Source: Kofleriaceae bacterium
Lineage (GTDB): Bacteria > Myxococcota_A > Polyangia > Haliangiales > Haliangiaceae
Assembly: GCA_046597055.1 (NCBI GenBank)
Contig: JBKJLC010000070.1
Coordinates: forward strand, 1-21,243
Reading direction: 5' to 3'
DNA: 21,243 bases
Of the stretch, positions 7,373 through 15,683 are shown in pieces. The translations under genes were made by a program, and so were the position numbers. How positions within the stretch are numbered: the stretch's first letter is position 1; each line of letters starts with the position of its first letter. The notes under the pieces were generated by a model. The model saw only the letters and a list, made by a program, of their open reading frames with translations, searched no databases and was not told the DNA's origin.

Positions 7373-10300
7373 TCAACCTGCCGGAACGTCGAGCGAGCAG
7401 GGCAGCGAAAAGTAAAATGTACTGCCGCGACCCACCTCGCTCTCGGCGTGCAAGCTGCCGCCGTGCGCCTCGACGATCCCCTTGACGATCGACAGGCCCA
7501 GCCCGTGGCCCTGCCGGCCGGGCTGGGGCGCATGCCAGTAGCGGTCGAAGATGTGCTTCATCGCCTCGACCGAGATGCCGGTGCCGGTGTCCTCGATCGA
7601 GAACTGGACCCCGGCCGGTCGTCGCGCGGCCCCGACCCGGATGCCTCCCGAGACCGTGAACTTCAGCGCGTTGGAGAGCAGGTTGGTGAAGACCTGGAGG
7701 ATCCGCTCGCTGTCGCACGCGATCGGCGGGAGCTCGGGCTCGAGGTCGAAGCTGAGCGTCAGGCCGCGCTCGACGGCGCGTGACTGGAACAGGTCGCCGA
7801 CCTCCCGGAGAAGCTGGGCCGCGGTGCATGGGTGGGCGTCGACCGAGAAAGTTCCCGAGGCGATGCTGGCCAGATCCAGCAGGTCCGCGATCAAGTGATT
7901 CATCCCGACCGCCGAACGGACGATGGTTGCCGCCTGCTTGCGCACCCGCTCCGGGAGCTGGTCGTCGGCTGGCACCCGCTGCAGGAGCTCGGCGGCGGTG
8001 GTGATGACCGCCAGCGGCGAGCGGAGATCATGGCTGACGATGGCGAGGGTCGCCTCGCGATCGCGGATGGCGCGCCGGGCTGCCTCGAGCAGCTGGTGGG
8101 CGTCCTCGCCATGGGCGCGCGCGGCGAGGACCGCGTCCTGGCGCAGCTGCGACACCGCGAGCTGGGCCCGGATCCGGGCCAGCAGCTCGTGGGTCGAGAA
8201 CGGCTTCACCAGGTACTCGACCGCGCCGCTGTCCAGGCCCTCGATGGTCGCCTCCTCGCCGGCGCGGGCCGACAGCATCACCAGCGGGATGGTGCACGTG
8301 CGCGGGTCCGCGCCGAGCGCGCGCGCCAGGCTCAGGCCGTCGAGGCCCGGCATCATGACGTCCGACAGGATGAGGTCGGGCGGGTTCGCCTGCGCCGCGG
8401 CCAGGGCCTGCACGCCATCCCGCACCGCATCCACCGTCCAGTACCGCGACAGCAGGCGCGTGAGGTACTGGCGCATGTCGGCGTTGTCATCGGCCAGCAA
8501 GATGCGCGCGGCCGCGCCCACCGACGGACGCGCGGGGTCCACCGGGCCCGGTCCGCACGGCGCGGGCAGCGCTTCGTCGGGGCCGTCCCAGTGGTAGGCA
8601 TCAGCGAGGAACGAGTCAGCGCCCGCGCGACTGGCGCCGAGCGTCGACGCGCGCACGCTGACCCGGTCGGGCGGGAGATGGGCCGAGCCGGTCGGCACGC
8701 TCATGGTGAACGTCGTGCCCTGGCCCAGCACGCTCGTGACCTCCACCGAGCCGCCATGGAGCTTGATCAGCTCGTGCGTCAGCGCCAGGCCGATGCCGGT
8801 CCCTTCGTGGGTGCGGCCGCGCGCGCCGTCGACCCGGTGGAAGCGATCGAAGACGCGCGGGAGCTCGTGCGCCGGGATCCCGGTGCCGGTGTCCTCGACC
8901 ACGAGCTCCACCGCGTCACCCAGCCAGTTCAGCGCCACCCGGATGCCGCCCTGGAACGTGAACTTGAAGGCGTTGGAGAGCAGGTTCGACACGACCTTCT
9001 CCCACATCGTCGGGTCGACATAGACCGGCATCGGCAGCGGCTGGCAGTCCACCACCAGCTCGAGGCCGGCGGCCACGATCAGGGACTCGAAGCTGCTCGC
9101 GAGGTCGATGGTCAGCGCGGACAGATCGGTCGGAACGAACGAGGCCGCGGTGCGGCCGCCCTCGATCCGGGCCAGGTCGAGCAGCGTGTCGACCAGCTTC
9201 TGGACCCGCCGGCCGTTGCGCCGCACCAGCAGCTGGCGCTGACGCTGGCCCGGGGACAGCGGGTCGTCGGGATCGGCCAGGCCGTCCTCGATCGGCCCCA
9301 GCATCAGCGTGAGCGGGGACCGGAGCTCGTGGCTGACGTTGTTGAAGAAGGTGGTCTTGGCGCGGTCGAGCTCGGCCAGCTGCGCGGCGCGGAGGCGATC
9401 TTTCTCGTGGGCCAGGGCGTTGGCCACCGCCGCGGTCACCGTCGACGCCACCAGCTCGACGAAGCTGCGGTAGCTCTCGTCGAACGGCAGCCGGGCGCTG
9501 GTCCCCGCGACCATCGCCCAGGTCGGTCGGGCACCGCCGGGCAGGGTGATCGGCAGCGCCAGCGCCTGGGTCGGCGGCTCGGGATAGGGGCCGCGCGCGT
9601 AGGCGCAGAACCCTAACCCTGGGCGGAGGTGCTGGGGCTCCCCGGTGCGCACCAGCTCGGCCAGACCGCCGGCGAGGTCGCTCGAGTCCTGCAAGTCCAC
9701 CGTCGCCAGGGCCTCGGCGGCTCCCGCGACCAGGCGGGTCCCGGCCACCAGGTGCGCCTGTGGAACCACCGGATCCAGGTGGAACAAGAGGACGAACGGC
9801 AGGTCGAGGTCGGCGTCGCCCAGCGCCTCGGCGATCTGCGCGAACGCCTCCGGGACGGACCGGGCGCTGCCGATCCGGCTCGCGAGCTCGCGCACCAGCC
9901 GCGTGCGCCGCTGGGTCAGGAGCGTCGAGGTCACCTCGGTCACCGGATGAAACAGTCCGCCGATGCCGCCGCTCTCGTCGCGGATGGGGCTGAACGAGAA
10001 CGTGAAGAACGTCTCCTCCATGTAGCCGTTGCGATCGAGGAACACCCGCTGATCTCTCAGGAACGACGTCTCGCCGGTCAGCGCACGCTCGAAGGCGTCG
10101 CCGATCGCCGGCCACGCCGACGACCAGCACTCGCGAAAGTTCTGACCGAGCGACCTCGGGTGCTTGGCGCCGCAGATCGGCCAGTACCCGTCGTTGTAAA
10201 TCTGGATGTGGTGCGGCCCCCACGCGATCAAGAGGGGGAAGTTCGACGCGAGGCACAGGCTGACGGTGGTGCGCAGGCTCTGCGGCCAGCTGGCGATCGC

Positions 10301-10441
10301 GCCCAGCGGCGTGCGGCTCCAGTCCATCGCCCGCACCGCCGTGCCCATGGCGCCACCGCCGATCAGCCAGTCCGTGGTGGCGGCGTCGCTCCGAGCGGGC
10401 GGGTCGGCCGGATCCACCGCTGGGTCCAGCTCCGCGCTCAT
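7373..10441 (-). CDS. Cytoplasmic hybrid histidine kinase (PAS-like, GAF-like, HisKA-HATPase, REC, HisKA-HATPase)
   Basis: Start MSAELDPAVD at 10441; the upstream part of the 7373..11812 ORF is antisense shadow of the next gene. N-terminal GGxMG...DWSRTPLG...WP motif, H-boxes VSHELRSPL and VSHDLRSPL, N-boxes NLLSNAFKF/NLLSNALKF, G-boxes DTGTGI and GTGIGL/GHGLGL, internal REC LADDNADMR...SDVMMPG...KPF. Confidence 0.93.
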   Translation of the reverse strand: MSAELDPAVDPADPPARSDAATTDWLIGGGAMGTAVRAMDWSRTPLGAIASWPQSLRTTVSLCLASNFPLLIAWGPHHIQIYNDGYWPICGAKHPRSLGQNFRECWSSAWPAIGDAFERALTGETSFLRDQRVFLDRNGYMEETFFTFSFSPIRDESGGIGGLFHPVTEVTSTLLTQRRTRLVRELASRIGSARSVPEAFAQIAEALGDADLDLPFVLLFHLDPVVPQAHLVAGTRLVAGAAEALATVDLQDSSDLAGGLAELVRTGEPQHLRPGLGFCAYARGPYPEPPTQALALPITLPGGARPTWAMVAGTSARLPFDESYRSFVELVASTVTAAVANALAHEKDRLRAAQLAELDRAKTTFFNNVSHELRSPLTLMLGPIEDGLADPDDPLSPGQRQRQLLVRRNGRRVQKLVDTLLDLARIEGGRTAASFVPTDLSALTIDLASSFESLIVAAGLELVVDCQPLPMPVYVDPTMWEKVVSNLLSNAFKFTFQGGIRVALNWLGDAVELVVEDTGTGIPAHELPRVFDRFHRVDGARGRTHEGTGIGLALTHELIKLHGGSVEVTSVLGQGTTFTMSVPTGSAHLPPDRVSVRASTLGASRAGADSFLADAYHWDGPDEALPAPCGPGPVDPARPSVGAAARILLADDNADMRQYLTRLLSRYWTVDAVRDGVQALAAAQANPPDLILSDVMMPGLDGLSLARALGADPRTCTIPLVMLSARAGEEATIEGLDSGAVEYLVKPFSTHELLARIRAQLAVSQLRQDAVLAARAHGEDAHQLLEAARRAIRDREATLAIVSHDLRSPLAVITTAAELLQRVPADDQLPERVRKQAATIVRSAVGMNHLIADLLDLASIASGTFSVDAHPCTAAQLLREVGDLFQSRAVERGLTLSFDLEPELPPIACDSERILQVFTNLLSNALKFTVSGGIRVGAARRPAGVQFSIEDTGTGISVEAMKHIFDRYWHAPQPGRQGHGLGLSIVKGIVEAHGGSLHAESEVGRGSTFYFSLPCSLDVPAG

Positions 10442-10606
10442 GGGATTCCCCCGTCCACCGGCACGTGCGAACGCTAGCACCCGGGCGCGCCTTGGGGCCA
10501 CGCGACGCACGAGGGAAGTCTCGGCGCGCCGGTCGCGCCCCTGATCCGGTGCCGTCGCCAGGATTCCCTGGGACCCCGGGCCCGACATGCTAGCCCTGCA
10601 GGAGGC

Positions 10607-13600
10607 ATGGAGAACGACGAGCCCATTGCCGGCCCCGTGACCAACGACCAGGATTGCCTGCGCGGCGGCGGCGAGATGGGCGGGCTGATGCGCCAGACTG
10701 ACTGGGCCCGGACCCCGCTCGGTCCGGTCGCCAGCTGGTCGCCCTCCTTCCGCTCCATGGTCGGCCTGGTGCTGCGCAACGGCTTCCCGCTGTGCATGTG
10801 GTGGGGACCGCAGCTGATCCAGTTCTACAACGATCCCTTCCGACCGACGCTCGGCGACAAGCACCCGGCGGCGAGCGGGCAGTCCGGCCGGGACTGCTGG
10901 GCGGAGATCTGGCACATCATCGGCCCGATGATCGAGGGGCCGTTCGCGGGCGGGCCCGCGGCGGGCGCCGAGGAGCTCCCGCTCCTCATCCACCGCAACG
11001 GCCTGCTCGAGGAGACTCACTTCCGGGTCGCTTACAGCCCGGTCCCCGACGAGACCGTGGCCGGCACCGGCATCGGGGGTGTGCTCGCCACCGTGTCCGA
11101 GACCACCGCCCAGGTGATCGCCGAGCGGCAGGGACGAAGCTTGCGCGAGCTGGGGCTCCACGCGGTCACCACGAAGTCGGTGCGCGAGGCGTCGGTGAAC
11201 GCGGCCGCCACCTTCGCCGCCAACCCGGCCGACGTACCGTTCTCGCTGTTCTACCTGTTCGACGAGGGCACCCACGCCCGTCTCGCGGCGTCGTCGGGCT
11301 TCCCGCCCGAGCCCAGCGTGGCCCGCCCCGAGGTGATCGACATCGCCAACGCGGATGGGCTCGCACCGTGGTCGCTCGCCGCCGTGGTCGCGCAGCGTCG
11401 GATCGAGGTGGTCGACTGCGGTGACCCCCGGCTCGGCGCGCTGCCCACCGGGCTCTGGGCGGAGCCGCCCCGCGCCGCGATCCTGGTACCGCTGTCGGCG
11501 CCCGACCAGCGCCGCCCGTACGGCGTGATGATCGCCGGGCTCAACCCGCACCGGCGCCTGGACGAGGGGTACCGCAGCTTCTTCGAGCTGGCGGGCGCCC
11601 AGGTCGTCACCGCGATCCGCAACGCGCGAGCGCACGAGGAGGACCGCAAGCGCGCCGAGGCGCTCGCCGCGCTCGACCGCCAGAAGACCGCGTTCTTCTC
11701 CAACGTCAGCCACGAGTTCAGGACCCCGCTGGCCTTGATGATCGGGCCGACCGAGGACGCGCTGGCAACCCCGACCCGTTCGCTCCAGGGCGAGGCTCTG
11801 GAGATGGTCCACCGCAACGAGCTGCGGCTGCTCAAGCTAGTGAACTCGTTGCTCGACTTCTCGCGGGTGGAAGCCGGCCGGGTCGAGGCGTCGTTCCAGT
11901 CGACCGACCTCGCCGCCTTGACCGCCGGTCTCGCCAGCCAGTTCCGCGCGGTGATGGAGAAGGCCGGTCTGCAGCTGATCATCGACGCGCCGCCGCTGCC
12001 GGCGCCGGCGTTCGTCGATCGTGAGATGTGGGAGAAGATCGTCCTCAACCTGCTCTCCAACGCCTTCAAGCACACCTTCGCGGGCCAGGTGACGGTCCGG
12101 CTCGCGGCGGACGCCGGGCAGATCCAGCTGTCGGTCCACGACACCGGCATCGGCATCGCCGCGGACGAGCTGCCCCGCGTGTTCGACCGCTTCCATCGCG
12201 TGCGCGGCGCCAGCGCGCGCAGTCACGAAGGGACCGGGATCGGGCTGGCGCTCGCCAAGGACCTGGTCGAGCTGCACGGCGGTCGGATCGAGGTCGAGAG
12301 CGCCGTGGGCGTCGGCACCCGCCTGACGGTCTCGATCCCGACCGGCTCCGCGCACTTGCCCGCCGACCGGATGGCGTCCGCGAAGGAGCTGTCGTCGACC
12401 GCCGGCGGCGCCGCCGCCTACGTCAACGACGCGCTGTCGTGGCTGGCCAGCGACGACCCGGACCGGACCAGCCTCGCCCTGGCCACGACCGGCGGTGGCC
12501 CGGCCGATGAACCGCGGCTGTCCGCGCGGCTGGTGCTGGCCGACGACAACGCCGACATGCGCGAGTACCTCCGGCGCCTGCTGTCGACCCAGTGGACCGT
12601 CGAGGCCGTGGCCGACGGCGAACAGGCGCTGGCAGCCATCCGCCGGCATCGCCCCGACCTGGTGGTCTCCGACGTGATGATGCCGCGCGTCGACGGGCTC
12701 GAGCTGACCCGTCGGCTGCGGGCCGACCCCGGCACCCAGCACCTGCCCATCATCTTGCTGTCGGCTCGCACGGGCGAGGCGGCCACGTCGGAGGGGCTCG
12801 CTGCCGGTGCCAACGACTACATCGTCAAGCCGTTCTCGGCGCGTGAGCTGCTGGCACGGGCGCGGGTGCAGCTCGAGATCGCGCGGTCTCGCGAGCGCGA
12901 GCTGCGGCGTCACTCCGCCGAGTCGACCAGCCACGCGAAGGACGCGTTCCTGGCCATCCTCGGCCACGAGCTGCGCAATCCGCTGGCGCCGATCCAGACC
13001 GCGCTCGACCTGATCAAGCTGCGCGGCGAGCACGGCGCGATCCGTGAGTGCGCCATGATCGAGCGGCAGGTCACGCACATGGTGCGGCTGGTCGACGACC
13101 TGCTCGATGTCTCGCGCGTCGCGCGCGGAAACCTCGAGCTCGACCGCGATCGGATCGAGGTCGCGGTCCTGGTGGTGCGCGGGATCGAGGCGGCTCGCCC
13201 GCGGCTCGACCGCGGGCGCCACGTCCTCCACCTCGAGGTTCCGACCCGCGGCCTTCTCGTCGATGCCGACCCGATGCGGATCGTCCAGGTGTTCACCAAC
13301 CTGGTCGCGAACGCGGCCAAGTACACGCCCCCCGGCGGCAACATCACGATCACCGCCGCCCGCGACGGTGACGAGGTCGTGGTGCGGGTGCGCGACGACG
13401 GCGTCGGCATCGCGGCCGACATGTTGCCCCACGTGTTCCGGCGGTTCATCCAGGCGCCGCAAGACAACGCGCGTTCGGAAGGCGGCCTCGGCCTCGGCCT
13501 GGCCATCGTCAAGAGCATGGTCGAGCTGCACGGTGGCACGGTGGCCGCGGCCTCGGCGGGCCGGGGCCACGGCACCGAGCTCACGGTCCGGCTGCCGGCC

Positions 13601-14038
13601 GCGGATACCCGTGTGGGCTGGACGGTCCCGGTGGTCGCGCACGCTCCGGTCGCCCCGCCCGCCGCGACCTCGCGCATCCTGATCGTCGACGACAACCAGG
13701 ACGCCGCCGAGGCGTTGGGCGCCGCGCTGGAGATGCTGGGGCACACCGTCGTCCTCGCCCACGATGGCCCCAGCGCGCTCGAGGTAGTCGGCGACGCGTC
13801 GCCGTCGATCGCGCTGCTCGACATCGGCCTGCCGGTCATGGACGGCTACCAGCTGGCCGGGCTGCTGCGCGCCGATCCCCGGCTGGCCGGGCTGCGGCTC
13901 ATCGCGATCACCGGGTACGGTCTCGCCGACGATCGTCGTCGCACGCTGGCGGCCGGGTTCGAGGCGCACCTGGTGAAGCCGGTGTCGCTGACGACCCTCA
14001 CCGACGCGATCCGTGGCGACCGGCCGCTCGCGACCTGA
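10607..14038 (+). CDS. Cytoplasmic hybrid histidine kinase (PAS-like, GAF-like, HisKA-HATPase, REC, HisKA-HATPase, REC)
   Basis: RBS AGGAGG just upstream. GGGEMG...DWARTPLG motif, H-boxes VSHEFRTPL and LGHELRNPL, two HATPase domains, REC domains ADDNADMR...SDVMMP...KPF and VDDNQD...LDIGLP...KPV. Confidence 0.95.
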   Translation: MENDEPIAGPVTNDQDCLRGGGEMGGLMRQTDWARTPLGPVASWSPSFRSMVGLVLRNGFPLCMWWGPQLIQFYNDPFRPTLGDKHPAASGQSGRDCWAEIWHIIGPMIEGPFAGGPAAGAEELPLLIHRNGLLEETHFRVAYSPVPDETVAGTGIGGVLATVSETTAQVIAERQGRSLRELGLHAVTTKSVREASVNAAATFAANPADVPFSLFYLFDEGTHARLAASSGFPPEPSVARPEVIDIANADGLAPWSLAAVVAQRRIEVVDCGDPRLGALPTGLWAEPPRAAILVPLSAPDQRRPYGVMIAGLNPHRRLDEGYRSFFELAGAQVVTAIRNARAHEEDRKRAEALAALDRQKTAFFSNVSHEFRTPLALMIGPTEDALATPTRSLQGEALEMVHRNELRLLKLVNSLLDFSRVEAGRVEASFQSTDLAALTAGLASQFRAVMEKAGLQLIIDAPPLPAPAFVDREMWEKIVLNLLSNAFKHTFAGQVTVRLAADAGQIQLSVHDTGIGIAADELPRVFDRFHRVRGASARSHEGTGIGLALAKDLVELHGGRIEVESAVGVGTRLTVSIPTGSAHLPADRMASAKELSSTAGGAAAYVNDALSWLASDDPDRTSLALATTGGGPADEPRLSARLVLADDNADMREYLRRLLSTQWTVEAVADGEQALAAIRRHRPDLVVSDVMMPRVDGLELTRRLRADPGTQHLPIILLSARTGEAATSEGLAAGANDYIVKPFSARELLARARVQLEIARSRERELRRHSAESTSHAKDAFLAILGHELRNPLAPIQTALDLIKLRGEHGAIRECAMIERQVTHMVRLVDDLLDVSRVARGNLELDRDRIEVAVLVVRGIEAARPRLDRGRHVLHLEVPTRGLLVDADPMRIVQVFTNLVANAAKYTPPGGNITITAARDGDEVVVRVRDDGVGIAADMLPHVFRRFIQAPQDNARSEGGLGLGLAIVKSMVELHGGTVAAASAGRGHGTELTVRLPAADTRVGWTVPVVAHAPVAPPAATSRILIVDDNQDAAEALGAALEMLGHTVVLAHDGPSALEVVGDASPSIALLDIGLPVMDGYQLAGLLRADPRLAGLRLIAITGYGLADDRRRTLAAGFEAHLVKPVSLTTLTDAIRGDRPLAT

Positions 14039-14156
14039 CCGCCGAACGACGCCACGCCGCGCCCGCCACGTGCGGATCGGTCATGGATCGGGCTCAGATG
14101 TGCCGAGGCGCTCGGTGCGGTTAGGATGAACGTGGGCGTTTGGCTCACTTAGCCGC

Positions 14157-14172
14157 TGGCACGCGGGTCGCA
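14157..14172 (+). promoter_or_regulatory. Putative sigma54 (-24/-12) promoter
   Basis: TGGCACG-CGGG-TCGCA keeps the exact GG-N10-GC spacing with one mismatch to TGGCACG-N4-TTGCW. It ends 15 nt before the ATG at 14188. Confidence 0.4.
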
Positions 14173-14187
14173 TCGAGCGACGTCATC

Positions 14188-14442
14188 ATGCATTTCCTCT
14201 GGATGCTCATCATCGGTCTCATCGTCGGCGCGCTCGCCAAGCTGATCATGCCGGGCAAGGATCCAGGCGGGATCATCATCACCATGCTCATCGGCGTGGC
14301 GGGTGCCTTCGCCGCGGGCCTCATCGGCCGCTCGCTCGGCTGGTACAACCACGGTGAGGGCGCCGGTTTCCTCGCGTCGGTGCTGGGCGCGGTCCTGCTG
14401 CTCGCGGGTTACCGCATGATCGTCGGCCGCCGCGCGCGGTGA
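14188..14442 (+). CDS. GlsB/YeaQ/YmgE family (transglycosylase-associated) stress-response membrane protein
   Basis: 84 aa, MHFLWMLIIGLIVGALAKLIMPGKDPGGIIITMLIGVAGA...SVLGAVLLL, three hydrophobic Gly-rich helices typical of the family. Confidence 0.92.
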   Translation: MHFLWMLIIGLIVGALAKLIMPGKDPGGIIITMLIGVAGAFAAGLIGRSLGWYNHGEGAGFLASVLGAVLLLAGYRMIVGRRAR

Positions 14443-14460
14443 CGTCGACCCCCGGCTCCG

Positions 14461-15609
14461 TCAGGTCGTCGCGACCTGGCGGGGCAAGGTCACCGTGAAG
14501 GTCGTGCCGCGCTGGTTCGACGCGACTTCGATCGTCCCCTGGTGCGCCGTCACGATGGCCTGCACGATGTAGAGCCCGAGGCCGGCGCTGCGTGGATCGC
14601 GAGATCCGGAGCGTTCGGCGTCGAGCTGCCGGAACGGACTGAAGATCTCCTCCAGGTCGCTGGCAGCGATCATGGGGCCCTGATTGTGGACGGTGATGAC
14701 CACCTGGTCGGCCACGCCGCGCAGGACCACCGTGACCGGGCAGTTTGGCGTCCCGTGCTGGCTGGCATTGCCAAGCAGGTTCGAGAGCAGCTGACCGATA
14801 CGGCCGCGGTCCCAGCGCCCGTGGAGCGAACCGCTCGCCTCGAGCTGCGCGACGCCGCGCGGGTGTTGCGCGCTGTGCTCGTCGACGATCTCGCGACACA
14901 CGCGCTCCAGATCCATGTCCTCGACGTCGACCGGGATGCCGGACCCGAGCCGGGTCCGCGTGAAGTCGACCAGGTCCCGGATCATCGCGTCCATGCGCTT
15001 GCAGCTCGTGACGATCCGCGTGGCGTCCCGGTTGTGCGACGCATCGGCGGCAGCCTTGTGCATCATGCTGGTGGCCGTGAGCATGATGGCGCCAAGCGGG
15101 TTGCGCAGGTCGTGGCCGAGCACGCCGAGCAGCAGGTCCTTCGAGCGCTCGACGTTCTCCGAGTAGCTCGCGGTGGAGACCGCGAGGAGCTGATCGATCG
15201 CCTCGTTGAACCGCGTGACCTCCTCGAGGCTCCCCGGCGACAGCTCGGGCCCGGCGGCGGCCCAGAGCCGGAGGACGCTGGCACGCAGGGCGCGGAACTC
15301 CGACACCATCTGCACCGGCGTGTAGCCGATCTGGGCGCGGTCCACGCCGTGGGCGCTGGCGGCGGTGTGGTTCCCACCCGCGGCGTCGGAGTGGCCCTTG
15401 GACTTCAGCTCCTGGTCGCCCTGGGTCTGCGGCGTCTCGAGATCGAGCGCGATGGCCTTGAGCATGCCGGCCAGGTGATCGCGCCGCTGCTCGAGGTTCA
15501 TCGCTGGGACCCCGGTCCGCGCGAACTCCTCCCACTCGCCGATGATCTGGCCCGAGCTCGCCACGATGAACTGGGCCAGGCTCAGCGATTCTCGTGACGC
15601 GGGGACCAT
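14461..15609 (-). CDS. Histidine kinase with RsbRD_N-like N-terminal domain
   Basis: N-terminal LAQFI...IIGEWEEFAR...ASAHGVDRAQIG...EFRALRASV...FNEAIDQ, H-box LGHDLRNPL, N-box NLLGNA, variant G1 box VHNQG, G2 box GLGLYIV. No transmembrane segment. Confidence 0.9.
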   Translation of the reverse strand: MVPASRESLSLAQFIVASSGQIIGEWEEFARTGVPAMNLEQRRDHLAGMLKAIALDLETPQTQGDQELKSKGHSDAAGGNHTAASAHGVDRAQIGYTPVQMVSEFRALRASVLRLWAAAGPELSPGSLEEVTRFNEAIDQLLAVSTASYSENVERSKDLLLGVLGHDLRNPLGAIMLTATSMMHKAAADASHNRDATRIVTSCKRMDAMIRDLVDFTRTRLGSGIPVDVEDMDLERVCREIVDEHSAQHPRGVAQLEASGSLHGRWDRGRIGQLLSNLLGNASQHGTPNCPVTVVLRGVADQVVITVHNQGPMIAASDLEEIFSPFRQLDAERSGSRDPRSAGLGLYIVQAIVTAHQGTIEVASNQRGTTFTVTLPRQVATT

Positions 15610-15615
15610 CGGGAC

Positions 15616-15621
15616 AGGCTA
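15616..15621 (-). promoter_or_regulatory. Putative -10 element for a leaderless transcript of the RsbRD_N-type kinase
   Basis: TAGCCT (TAnnnT) exactly 6 nt upstream of the ATG at 15609, no SD. Same geometry as at 6861-6866. Confidence 0.4.
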
Positions 15622-15683
15622 ACGCGAATAGCGACGCTGGTGACGTCGATCGCATCGGTCAGCGGCCCCGCGAGAACGGCTTA

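Noticed and set aside
10442..11812. N-terminal extension of the minus-strand hybrid kinase
   Set aside because: Antisense to the plus-strand kinase. The paralog comparison places the real start at 10441.
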